NCBI GenBank assembly: GCA_963666735.1
Contig: OY762926.1
Location: forward strand, 224,001-288,000
Origin: Gemmatimonadota bacterium
GTDB lineage: Bacteria > Gemmatimonadota > Gemmatimonadetes > Palauibacterales > Palauibacteraceae
Reading direction: 5' to 3'
DNA length: 64,000 bases
Positions 51,638 to 60,234 of the stretch are shown here, in pieces (the first letter of the stretch is position 1; every line of letters begins with the position of its first letter). The translations under genes and the position numbers were made by a program. A model generated the notes under the pieces. The model saw only the letters and a list, made by a program, of their open reading frames with translations. It had not been told where the DNA came from and searched no databases.

Positions 51638-52891
51638 CTAGTTCAACCGCCGGCCGAAAAGCACGAAGCCATGTGAATGGCGGGCCCGCCACCAGTCTTC
51701 CACCAGCCCGGAGACGAAGCGGTGGCCGTCTTCGTGTTGGGCCAGGTATCCGTCGTGTTCCAGCACATGAAGCACGTCTGCGACTTGGACCGTCACACGG
51801 TCGGGCAGGGAAGAGAGGTACGCGCCGCACTGCGCGATGGACTGCTCGCCGAGCACCCCGTCGCGCACCGCCGTCTCGGTCAGAAGATCGATCGCGATGC
51901 TGTAGCCCTCGTCGCCCAGGACCATGCGCAAACGACTCTCGTAGTGCTCGAGATGAATTTGCCCTCGCACCCCGAGCATTTCCTCCGAGTACACCCGGGA
52001 TACGTCATCCAGCGTCGCTTCGCGGCGTCCGGCCCGGCGCAGATACTCATGGCATTTGTCGAAGAACTGCTGGACATGCTGCGGGACGCAGCAGCGCAGC
52101 CGACGGCACATCTCCCGGCACACCTCCTCCGGGAGCCGGAGGCCGTAGGACGCGGCCAGTTCGCCCAGACACTCGATCGTCGTCTCCTCATCCCACGGTT
52201 TGAGGTCGAAAGGGGCGAAGATGTTGGCGTGAGCACTCAGCTCGGCCCGCTTGAGGATCGGTTCGAGACCCACGCTGCCCGACACGATCATCGGGATCCG
52301 TCTTCCGTGCGCCTGCCCGTTCTTTCGGAGCCAGCTCAGGAATTCATCCGCGTCTCTCCTGCGCTCGGGCGTCATTTCGAAATCGTGGCCCTGCAGCAGC
52401 CGGTTCACGAGGATCGGGAGTTCATCGATCGCAAGGACCACGGGTCTTCCGCTCTCGGACAGCGACGCGAACACCGCGTCACCCTTCGTACGCCAATTCC
52501 CCGCGTCGACTCGCGCACGCAACTTCACCCTGAGTTCGCTCATGCCGAGTTCGTCGATACGATCCACCGCGGCGCTCGAGGACTGCCCGATCCAATCCGT
52601 CATGCGGCCCCAGGTGCTCCGCACCCCTCTCGCCGCCGCGGCGATCTCCACGATGGCGTCCGCGGCCGTCACCGCATCCTCGAGATCGACGAACACCGTC
52701 GCGAAACTGCCTTGAGCCCGCAGGCGTCGCAGGGGTTCTCGGACCAGACTCGTCTTCCCCATCCGGCGCTGGGCGGTGACCAGCGTATGGACGCCGTCCC
52801 CGACGCGCTCCATGAGCGCCTCGATCTCGATCTCCCGGTTGAAGAAGCGGTCACCCTCGACCCAGTTTCCTCCCGCTTTCCTCAGACTCAT
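51638..52891 (-). CDS. P-loop ATPase (STAND-like, no TPR)
   Basis: FFNRE, AQRRMGKTS, LAIDELP, SGS, C-terminal LEHDGYL; GGGAG RBS before ATG 52891. Confidence 0.8.
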   Translation of the reverse strand: MSLRKAGGNWVEGDRFFNREIEIEALMERVGDGVHTLVTAQRRMGKTSLVREPLRRLRAQGSFATVFVDLEDAVTAADAIVEIAAAARGVRSTWGRMTDWIGQSSSAAVDRIDELGMSELRVKLRARVDAGNWRTKGDAVFASLSESGRPVVLAIDELPILVNRLLQGHDFEMTPERRRDADEFLSWLRKNGQAHGRRIPMIVSGSVGLEPILKRAELSAHANIFAPFDLKPWDEETTIECLGELAASYGLRLPEEVCREMCRRLRCCVPQHVQQFFDKCHEYLRRAGRREATLDDVSRVYSEEMLGVRGQIHLEHYESRLRMVLGDEGYSIAIDLLTETAVRDGVLGEQSIAQCGAYLSSLPDRVTVQVADVLHVLEHDGYLAQHEDGHRFVSGLVEDWWRARHSHGFVLFGRRLN

Positions 52892-52901
52892 ATCCATCTC
52901 C

Positions 52902-52946
52902 CAGCAACATTGTTGGAAACAAAATTGTTGGCAACAATACTGTTGG
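52902..52946. repeat. 3 x 15-bp palindromic operator-like units
   Basis: CAGCAACATTGTTGG AAACAAAATTGTTGG CAACAATACTGTTGG, directly upstream of ATG 52891. Confidence 0.7.
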
Positions 52947-53053
52947 GAACTTGGGCATGGCAAGGGGGAGGACGGCATGTCGCCGGAAACCGCTGGCGGC
53001 TTCGCGCTCAGAAGGGCGCGACGCTTGACTCGAAGCCTCTACGCTGAGAAATT

Positions 53054-53079
53054 GTCGGCATTGGTTTATTTGTGCCGAC
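53054..53079. promoter_or_regulatory. Inverted repeat in the abiE promoter region
   Basis: GTCGGCA-N12-TGCCGAC in AT-rich context; AbiEi proteins are known to autorepress via IRs. Confidence 0.6.
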
Positions 53080-53103
53080 GTTTTTATAGACATTGGACGC
53101 CCG

Positions 53104-53712
53104 ATGGTTCAGGAATCCACGATAGACGACCGGCTCTCCGAGACGGGTCTCGGTACGTTCTTCCGTCCTTGCGACGCGGAAGCCGCCGGCATCGGCTACC
53201 ACGAGCTTCGTCGCCTGGAAGATGTCGGTCTGGTCGAGCGCGAAGGGTGGGGCCTCTACCGGCAGACTCGTGCCGACATCACGAGCCACCATATGATCGC
53301 GGCCGTGTGCGCACGCGCGCGGCACGCCGTCGTTTGCCTGCTCACGGCGCTGGAAGTGTACGACATCGGCACGCAGATGCCGCACCAGGTTTGGATCGCG
53401 ATCCCCCACAAATCGCGCGTCCCGGCCCTCGGGGAGCTGCCGGTTCGCATCACGCGCTTCAGCGCGGCGTCCCTCACGTACGGTGTTGTCGACACGGAAT
53501 TCGACGGCGTGCCCGCGAAGATCACCACGCCGGCCCGGACCGTAGTGGACTGCTTTCGGTTCCGAAGCAAGGTCGGACTCGAACCCGCGCTCGAGGCGCT
53601 GCACGAGGTGCTCGATGACGGGAAGGCGACGCCCGATCAGATCTGGCGGGCGGCGGACGTGTGCGGGGCCCGCTCACTGCTGGGGCCAGCCCTGAGAATG
53701 CGGACGTACTGA
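53104..53712 (+). CDS. abiEi: AbiEi-family antitoxin (type IV TA)
   Basis: LVEREGWGLY wHTH, VVCLLTAL, TPARTVVDCFRFR. Confidence 0.88.
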   Translation: MVQESTIDDRLSETGLGTFFRPCDAEAAGIGYHELRRLEDVGLVEREGWGLYRQTRADITSHHMIAAVCARARHAVVCLLTALEVYDIGTQMPHQVWIAIPHKSRVPALGELPVRITRFSAASLTYGVVDTEFDGVPAKITTPARTVVDCFRFRSKVGLEPALEALHEVLDDGKATPDQIWRAADVCGARSLLGPALRMRTY

Positions 53713-54677
53713 TGCGGCGTAGGCCGATCACGAACGTCCCCGCATCGGTCCACGCACGCCTCCTGAACGTGGCGCGCAACCAGGGGACGCAACTGAACTT
53801 TCTCCTCCAATCCTACGCGGCCGAGCGATTCCTCTACCGGATGGGCCGGTCGCCCGCGTCCGACCGCTTCACCCTGAAGGGTGCTACCCTGTTTCTCGTG
53901 TGGGGCGCCGACACGTTCCGGGGAACCCGGGATGTGGATCTTCTTCGCTCAGGATATCCCGACCACGAGGTGCTCCGACGTGACCTGGAGACGATCGGCG
54001 ACGTCCCATGCCCGGAAGATGGGGTCGTGTTTGAACGCGGAGAGGCGGGCACTCGGCTGCGCCCCCTTCCCCTTGAAAGAACGCAGGGCGCCGTCCGTGT
54101 ACGCATGAACGCGACGCTGGGCACGATCCGGCTGCCGTTGCAGGTCGACGTCGGATTCGGCGATCTTCCCATCCCGGAACGGGAGAGGTGTACGTGTCCC
54201 GTTCTGCTCGACCAGCCGGAACCGACGGTCTGGACCTATCGCCGGGAGACGCACATCGCCGAGAAGTTCCATGCGATGGTACGACTCGGCCGGGGGAACT
54301 CGCGCATGAAGGATCTGTGGGACATCGCAGCGCTGGCGGGTCGATTCTCGTTCGACGGGCCCGCGCTCCGGGACGCAATCTCGCATACGTTCGGGATCCG
54401 CGGCACGAGCCTGGACGAGGGGGTTCCCGCAGTCCTCGAGCCGTCCTTCTTCTCCGGCGAGGAGCTCGAGAGACTGTGGGCCGGGTTCCTCACGAACGCG
54501 CTCCTCTTCGGCGACGGTCCGGTGGTGCTACCGGATGTGGGCGACCGCATACGGAGCTTCCTGGAACCGGTCCACGCCAGCATCGTGCGGGGCGAGCCGT
54601 TTCGGCGTCGCTGGTCGCCGGGCGGCCCCTGGCGTCCGCTGACCGGGGAGGAAGGAAGCATCGACACGAATGAGTGA
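53712..54677 (+). CDS. abiEii: AbiEii nucleotidyltransferase toxin
   Basis: ERFLYR, LKGA, RGTRDVD, VDVGFGD, AEKFHA, NSRMKDLWD. Confidence 0.9.
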   Translation: MRRRPITNVPASVHARLLNVARNQGTQLNFLLQSYAAERFLYRMGRSPASDRFTLKGATLFLVWGADTFRGTRDVDLLRSGYPDHEVLRRDLETIGDVPCPEDGVVFERGEAGTRLRPLPLERTQGAVRVRMNATLGTIRLPLQVDVGFGDLPIPERERCTCPVLLDQPEPTVWTYRRETHIAEKFHAMVRLGRGNSRMKDLWDIAALAGRFSFDGPALRDAISHTFGIRGTSLDEGVPAVLEPSFFSGEELERLWAGFLTNALLFGDGPVVLPDVGDRIRSFLEPVHASIVRGEPFRRRWSPGGPWRPLTGEEGSIDTNE

Positions 54678-56073
54678 GGACCGCGTGGCAACCCCACCGT
54701 CCGCGCGGCGATTCGGACGCTATCCCGAATACCGCGATTCCGGCGTCGAGTGGCTGGGGGAGATTCCGGCTCATTGGGACGTGACGCGATTGAAGCGGAT
54801 CTCCAAGATCGTGAACGGAGGGACGCCCAAGACGTCGGAGCGACGTTATTGGAACGGCCCCATCACCTGGATTACGCCGGACGACCTCGGGAGAACGACG
54901 GGGATCGTAATCCGAGAATCGAATCGATCCATCACATCGGCCGGACTGGAAAGCTGCGGTGCTCAGTTGGTTCCCGCGGGGTCGCTCGTGCTGTCCACAA
55001 GAGCGCCCATTGGCCACCTCGCTGTGGCCCGGACCGATCTCTGCACGAACCAGGGATGTCGAAGCCTCGTGTTCCGAGATCAGCGGTCATGTCGGTATGT
55101 CTTCTACCAACTCGCCACCGCTCGCGGAGTGCTCCAATCTCGGGGGGCGGGGAGCACGTTTCGCGAGCTTTCGAGCGTCAATCTGGAGACGTTGGCGATA
55201 TCGGCACCTCCGCTCTCCGAACAGCGTGCCATCGCCGACTTCCTGGACAAAGAAACCGCCAAGATCGACGCGCTGATTGCGAACAAGGAGGGGCTCGTCG
55301 ACCTGCTGCAGGAGAAACGCACCGCGCTAATCACCCGAGCTGTCACCCGGGGCCTGAATACGCAGGTCCCCACGAGAGAATCTGGCGTCGAGTGGCTGGG
55401 GGACGTACCCGAGCACTGGGACGTACAAGAGCTTAGGCACTTGATCGACGGGCGACTCGCGTACGGGGCCAACGCTCCGGCAGACTACACGGATCCTGCG
55501 TGGCCGCGGTATCTGCGAATCACGGATTTCTCACCGGATGGGACTCTCCGTCCGGATACGTTCCGGTCCTTGCCGCCCGATGTGGCGAGGACCTACCTCG
55601 TGGAACCCGGGGATGTGCTGTTGGCTCGAAGCGGCGCCACGGTGGGGAAGGCGTTTCTCGTAAGGGAGGGTTCTGGTAGGGCCTGTCATGCAGGCTATTT
55701 GATTCGAGCCCGTCCAGATTCGTCTCTCCTGCTACCCGACTTTCTGTTCGCCTTCGTGCGTAGTGCACCATTCGCAATGTGGAAGGAAATGACCTTGATC
55801 ATCGCGACGATCCAGAACATTGGTGCTGACAAGTACGCCAACCTTCCGGTGCCCACGCCTCCGCTCAAGGAGCAACGTGCTGTGGTTGCCTTCCTTGATC
55901 GGGAGACTTCACGGATTGACGCGTTGGCTGGCAAAGCAAAGGACGTCATCAAGAAGTTGGAAGAGTACCGGATGGCTCTCATTTCAGCCGCAGTTACCGG
56001 CAAGATTGATGTTCGCAATTACCGCGATGGCCGGACCGTCACTGACCCCAGTCGACCAAGGCTGATGTCGTGA
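54670..56073 (+). CDS. hsdS: Type I RM specificity subunit
   Basis: Two SGVEWLGxxPxHW and PPLxEQRA repeats around two TRDs; AAVTGKIDVR. Confidence 0.95.
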   Translation: MSEDRVATPPSARRFGRYPEYRDSGVEWLGEIPAHWDVTRLKRISKIVNGGTPKTSERRYWNGPITWITPDDLGRTTGIVIRESNRSITSAGLESCGAQLVPAGSLVLSTRAPIGHLAVARTDLCTNQGCRSLVFRDQRSCRYVFYQLATARGVLQSRGAGSTFRELSSVNLETLAISAPPLSEQRAIADFLDKETAKIDALIANKEGLVDLLQEKRTALITRAVTRGLNTQVPTRESGVEWLGDVPEHWDVQELRHLIDGRLAYGANAPADYTDPAWPRYLRITDFSPDGTLRPDTFRSLPPDVARTYLVEPGDVLLARSGATVGKAFLVREGSGRACHAGYLIRARPDSSLLLPDFLFAFVRSAPFAMWKEMTLIIATIQNIGADKYANLPVPTPPLKEQRAVVAFLDRETSRIDALAGKAKDVIKKLEEYRMALISAAVTGKIDVRNYRDGRTVTDPSRPRLMS

Positions 56074-59000
56074 CCCCCGTGACCGTGTCCGAACGCGTCT
56101 TCGAGCAGGCGATCGAGTCCGCTCTACTGAGATCATATGCCGCTGGTGGCGGGCAGGTTCGCGAGCGGGCGGCACCGCCATACGGCAACGGCATCGCACC
56201 TGGCGGATACCATCAGCGCGAAGCCAAGCACCACTATGACCGAGACCTCTGCCTGCTTCCGCAGGATGTCATGGACTTCCTCCTCGCCACGCAGCCGCGG
56301 ACATGGAAGCGGCTGAAGCAGCACTACGGCGGGGAGGTTCGAGCACGGCTTCTCAAGCGCTTATCGAAGGAGCTTGAGCGGCGCGGCGCCCTCGATGTGT
56401 TCCGGAAGGGCATCAAGGACTCGGGGTGCAAGTTCCAGTTGGCGTACTTCCGGCCGGCGAGTGGGCTTAACGAAGAGACGCGCCGCCTCCACGCGGCGAA
56501 CATCTTCTCCGTGGTTCGCCAGCTCCGCTACAGCACGAAGACCGAGCAGAGCCTTGACCTGGTGCTGTTCCTCAACGGGATCCCGTTCTTCACAGCGGAA
56601 CTCAAGAATCCGCTCAACGGGGAGGACGTTCACGACGCGATCCGGCAGTACCGGAGAGACCGGGACCCGCGCGAACCGCTTCTCGCTCACGGACGCTGCC
56701 TCGCGCACTTCGCGGTGGACCCGGATTTGGTGTACGTCACCACACGCCTTGAGGGGCCCGCGACCCGCTTCCTCCCATTCAACCAGGGCCGGTTCGGTGG
56801 CGCCGGCAATCCGCCCGTGCCGCCGACCCGGAGCGGATACGCCACGGACTATCTCTGGAACGAGGTATGGGTCCGGGACAGCGTGCTCGATCTGATCCGC
56901 CAGTTCATCCACGAGGTGGAGGATGAGGACGGCGCCGGTCGGAAGACGAAACGCCTGATCTTCCCGCGCTACCAGCAGCTCGACACCGTACGCCGAATGG
57001 TGTCCCACGCCCGGAACCACGGGGCGGGGGAGCGCTACCTGATCCAGCACTCCGCCGGGAGCGGCAAGAGCTACACGATCGCCTGGCTCGCACATCAGCT
57101 CTCCACCCTCCATGATGCGGAAGATCGCTCGGTCTTCGACTCCATCGTCGTCGTCACGGACCGCCGCGTCCTCGATCGTCAGCTTCAGCGCGCCATCACC
57201 CAGTTCGAGCAGACGCTCGGGGTGGTTGAGAAGATCGACAAGGATTCAAAACAGCTCCGCGCGGCGCTGGAATCCGGCAAGCGGATCATCGTCACGACGC
57301 TCCAGAAATTCCCGGTGATTGCCGAGGAGATCGGATCGCTTCCCGGCAAGCGGTTCGCGGTGATCGTCGACGAAGCGCACTCCTCCCAGTCCGGCGAGAG
57401 CTCGAAGAGCCTCAAGGCCGTGCTCGCCGCGGGGAGCCTCGAGGCGGCCGAAGAGGAGGAGGCCGGCGTCGCGACCCCGGAGGAGGAACTGGAGGCGGCG
57501 GTCCTCGCCGAGATGGAGAAGCGCGGTCCCCTGCCGAACCTCTCCACATTCGCGTTCACCGCGACGCCCAAGGCGAAGACGCTGGAGCTGTTCGGCGTCA
57601 AGCGGGACGACGGACAGTTCGAGCCGTTCCACCTGTACAGCATGCGGCAGGCGATCGAGGAGGGCTTCATCCTCGACGTCCTCGCCAACTACACCACGTA
57701 CTCGGCCTACTGGCGGCTCTTCAAGACGATCGAGGACGACCCGCGCTACGAGAAGGGCAAGGCCGCCTACCTGCTCAAGTCCTTCGTGGAACTGCATCCG
57801 CACGCGATCGGGCGGAAGGTCGAGATCATGATCGACCACTTCGCCGAGCGGGTGCAGGACAGGATCGGCGGCAGGGCGAAGGCGATGATCGTCACCCGCT
57901 CGCGCCTCCACGCCGTGCGCTACAAGCTCGCCGTGGACGCCTATCTGGAGGAGAAGGGGTACCCTTGGAAGTGCCTGGTCGCCTTCTCCGGCAAGGTGAA
58001 CGACGAGGGCAAGGAATACACCGAACCCGGCATGAACTCGGCCGGGGGACCGCACCCGATCGGAGAGCAGCAAACGGCGGCGGAATTCGCCAAGCCCGAG
58101 TACCGGTTCCTGGTCGTGGCGAGCAAGTTCCAGACGGGCTTCGACCAGCCGCTCCTCCACACCATGTACGTGGACAAGAAGCTGGGCGGCGTCAACGCGG
58201 TGCAGACGCTGTCCCGCCTGAACCGGACCCATCCCGGCAAGGACGAGACGGCCGTCCTCGATTTCGCCAACGAGGCTGATCACATCCGCGAGTCGTTCGA
58301 GCCGTACTACGAGACGACGTTGCTCTCGGAGGCGACGGACCCAAACCTCCTCTACGATCTGCAGGAAGAGCTTCTCGGCTTCCACGTCTACACCGAGGCG
58401 GAGGTGGACGCCTTCGCCCGGGCCTACTTCGGCAAGGACGCCACGCAGGACCAGCTGTACGCCCTGCTCGCCGAACCTGTGCAGCGTTCCCGCGACTTGG
58501 AACCCGAGGTGCGTTCGGAGTTCCGCGGCGGGCTGCGAAAGTACACGCGCCTGTACTCGTTCCTGGCGCAGATCCTGACCTTCAAGGACGCGGACCTGGA
58601 GAAACTGCACGTCTTCTCCCGCTACCTCCGGCAACTCCTGCCGGCGGATGGAAGCGAACTTCCGCGCGAGGTGCAGCGGAACATCGACATGGAGTCGTAC
58701 CGGATCCAGCAGACCGGGCAGGGAGAAATCAAGCTGCCCCGCGGTTCTGGCACCATCGACCCCCGGAAGATCGGTATTCAGCCTGGTGGGTCGCAGGAGG
58801 AGATCGAAGCCCTGTCACGGATCATCGCGGAGCTGAACGACCGCTTCGGCCTCAACCTCGGTCCGGAACACCGCGTGACCCTCCGCCAGATGATGGACAA
58901 GCTCGAAGGGGACGCGGCGCTCGACGCGGCCACCCGCGTGAACACCCGCGAGAACGTGCGCCTCACGTTCGATCACAAGGTCGAAGAGGTGATCGAGGAC

Positions 59001-59603
59001 ATCGTCGACTCGAACTTCGACCTCTACAAGCGCATCACCGACGACCGCTCCTTCGGAGAACTCGTGAAGACCCTCCTCTTCGACCAGTACCTCCGCGGCC
59101 ACCGCAACGCCGAGGAACTGATCAAGCGCGGCGAATCGAAGACGCTGGAGTTCAAGTCGACCCTCCGCTGGAACCTCAAGGAGGACCGCAAGGACAACCG
59201 CGTGACCCACGCCGCCCTGAAGACGATCGGGGCCTTCCTGAACACCGAGGGCGGCGACCTCCTCCTCGGCGTCGCCGACGACGGCTCGGTCGTCGGCATC
59301 GAGCGTGACGGCTTCGACAACGACGACAGGTTCATGCTCCACCTGGGTCAGGTTGTGCGAAACGCCTTAGGCGACCGCGCCGGAACGTGTATCGATCCAA
59401 GGATCCAGATCTTGGACGGACGCACGGTGTGCGTCGTGAGCTGCCAGCGAAGCCCCGAACCCGTCTTCCTCCGCTGGAAGAACTTCGAGAGCACCGAGGA
59501 CGGCGACTTCTTCGTACGCAGCGGCCCCGGCACTGCCAAGCTACCGGCCCAGAGCGCGAGGGAGTACATTGAAACTCGCTTCCAGCCAGTGGCCACACGG
59601 TAG
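56070..59603 (+). CDS. hsdR: Type I RM restriction subunit with a C-terminal Schlafen/AlbA_2 domain
   Basis: DLVLFLNG...AELK, HSAGSGKS, DEAH, FTATP, QTLSRLNR; tail ESKTLEFKS...AFLNTEGGDLLLGVADDG. Confidence 0.93.
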   Translation: MTPVTVSERVFEQAIESALLRSYAAGGGQVRERAAPPYGNGIAPGGYHQREAKHHYDRDLCLLPQDVMDFLLATQPRTWKRLKQHYGGEVRARLLKRLSKELERRGALDVFRKGIKDSGCKFQLAYFRPASGLNEETRRLHAANIFSVVRQLRYSTKTEQSLDLVLFLNGIPFFTAELKNPLNGEDVHDAIRQYRRDRDPREPLLAHGRCLAHFAVDPDLVYVTTRLEGPATRFLPFNQGRFGGAGNPPVPPTRSGYATDYLWNEVWVRDSVLDLIRQFIHEVEDEDGAGRKTKRLIFPRYQQLDTVRRMVSHARNHGAGERYLIQHSAGSGKSYTIAWLAHQLSTLHDAEDRSVFDSIVVVTDRRVLDRQLQRAITQFEQTLGVVEKIDKDSKQLRAALESGKRIIVTTLQKFPVIAEEIGSLPGKRFAVIVDEAHSSQSGESSKSLKAVLAAGSLEAAEEEEAGVATPEEELEAAVLAEMEKRGPLPNLSTFAFTATPKAKTLELFGVKRDDGQFEPFHLYSMRQAIEEGFILDVLANYTTYSAYWRLFKTIEDDPRYEKGKAAYLLKSFVELHPHAIGRKVEIMIDHFAERVQDRIGGRAKAMIVTRSRLHAVRYKLAVDAYLEEKGYPWKCLVAFSGKVNDEGKEYTEPGMNSAGGPHPIGEQQTAAEFAKPEYRFLVVASKFQTGFDQPLLHTMYVDKKLGGVNAVQTLSRLNRTHPGKDETAVLDFANEADHIRESFEPYYETTLLSEATDPNLLYDLQEELLGFHVYTEAEVDAFARAYFGKDATQDQLYALLAEPVQRSRDLEPEVRSEFRGGLRKYTRLYSFLAQILTFKDADLEKLHVFSRYLRQLLPADGSELPREVQRNIDMESYRIQQTGQGEIKLPRGSGTIDPRKIGIQPGGSQEEIEALSRIIAELNDRFGLNLGPEHRVTLRQMMDKLEGDAALDAATRVNTRENVRLTFDHKVEEVIEDIVDSNFDLYKRITDDRSFGELVKTLLFDQYLRGHRNAEELIKRGESKTLEFKSTLRWNLKEDRKDNRVTHAALKTIGAFLNTEGGDLLLGVADDGSVVGIERDGFDNDDRFMLHLGQVVRNALGDRAGTCIDPRIQILDGRTVCVVSCQRSPEPVFLRWKNFESTEDGDFFVRSGPGTAKLPAQSAREYIETRFQPVATR

Positions 59604-59637
59604 ATCTGCCGCCACCTCCCGTTCAAGAGAATGAAAT

Positions 59638-60234
59638 ATGTTACCAGATTATCCACACATCAAGAAGGAAGTCCAGGATATCCTGCTGCGGTACCTCAAA
59701 GAAAGGGTATTCGCGCACGCACCGATCCTGAGGGGGATCGGTCGAACAGCGCAGCACGAAGGTGACAAACATCCGTTCAGAGATGTCGATGGGAACGAGG
59801 ATCAGATTGAATACCAAGAGTTTGCCACATGTGAATCGATCACGCGCCAAGAGATGCGCCATGGAACTTTCCAAGTAGTCCTATCAACGTACGATGAGAT
59901 GGCGGAAGCCTTCGCTGAAGCTCAATCTAAGATGCTGTTCGCAACCGTCTCCGAGGCCGCGGAATCGGTCGGCAACGTCATCCACGCAAACGGAGCGCTA
60001 ACCAAGGAGAAGTTCCTCGAACTATTGAACACTGTGCAGCGGGACTTCCATCCACGTACGGGTGAGCCGCAACCTCTCAGCCTGGTTCTTCACCCGGAGA
60101 CGCTGGCACGGATCGAGCACGACCTGGAGAGCTGGGAAGAGGACCAACATTTTGTGGCTGAGCTATCAGCCATTGAGCAGAGACAAAGGCTAGACTGGCG
60201 TGATCGAGAATCTCGTAGACGTTTGGTTGACTGA
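59638..60234 (+). CDS. Hypothetical 198-aa protein, pattern resembles a truncated HK97 capsid/encapsulin fold
   Basis: Clean ORF; motif order matches major-capsid consensus by eye (see findings). Confidence 0.6.
   Translation: MLPDYPHIKKEVQDILLRYLKERVFAHAPILRGIGRTAQHEGDKHPFRDVDGNEDQIEYQEFATCESITRQEMRHGTFQVVLSTYDEMAEAFAEAQSKMLFATVSEAAESVGNVIHANGALTKEKFLELLNTVQRDFHPRTGEPQPLSLVLHPETLARIEHDLESWEEDQHFVAELSAIEQRQRLDWRDRESRRRLVD

Noticed and set aside
48736..52946. Short repeats as a possible CRISPR array
   Set aside because: Units are 15 bp and abut without spacers; no cas genes.
52892..52978. Cys/Gln-rich N-terminus QQYCCQQFCFQQCCW of the ATPase ORF
   Set aside because: It is the translation of the 15-bp DNA repeats; a better RBS and ATG lie at 52891.
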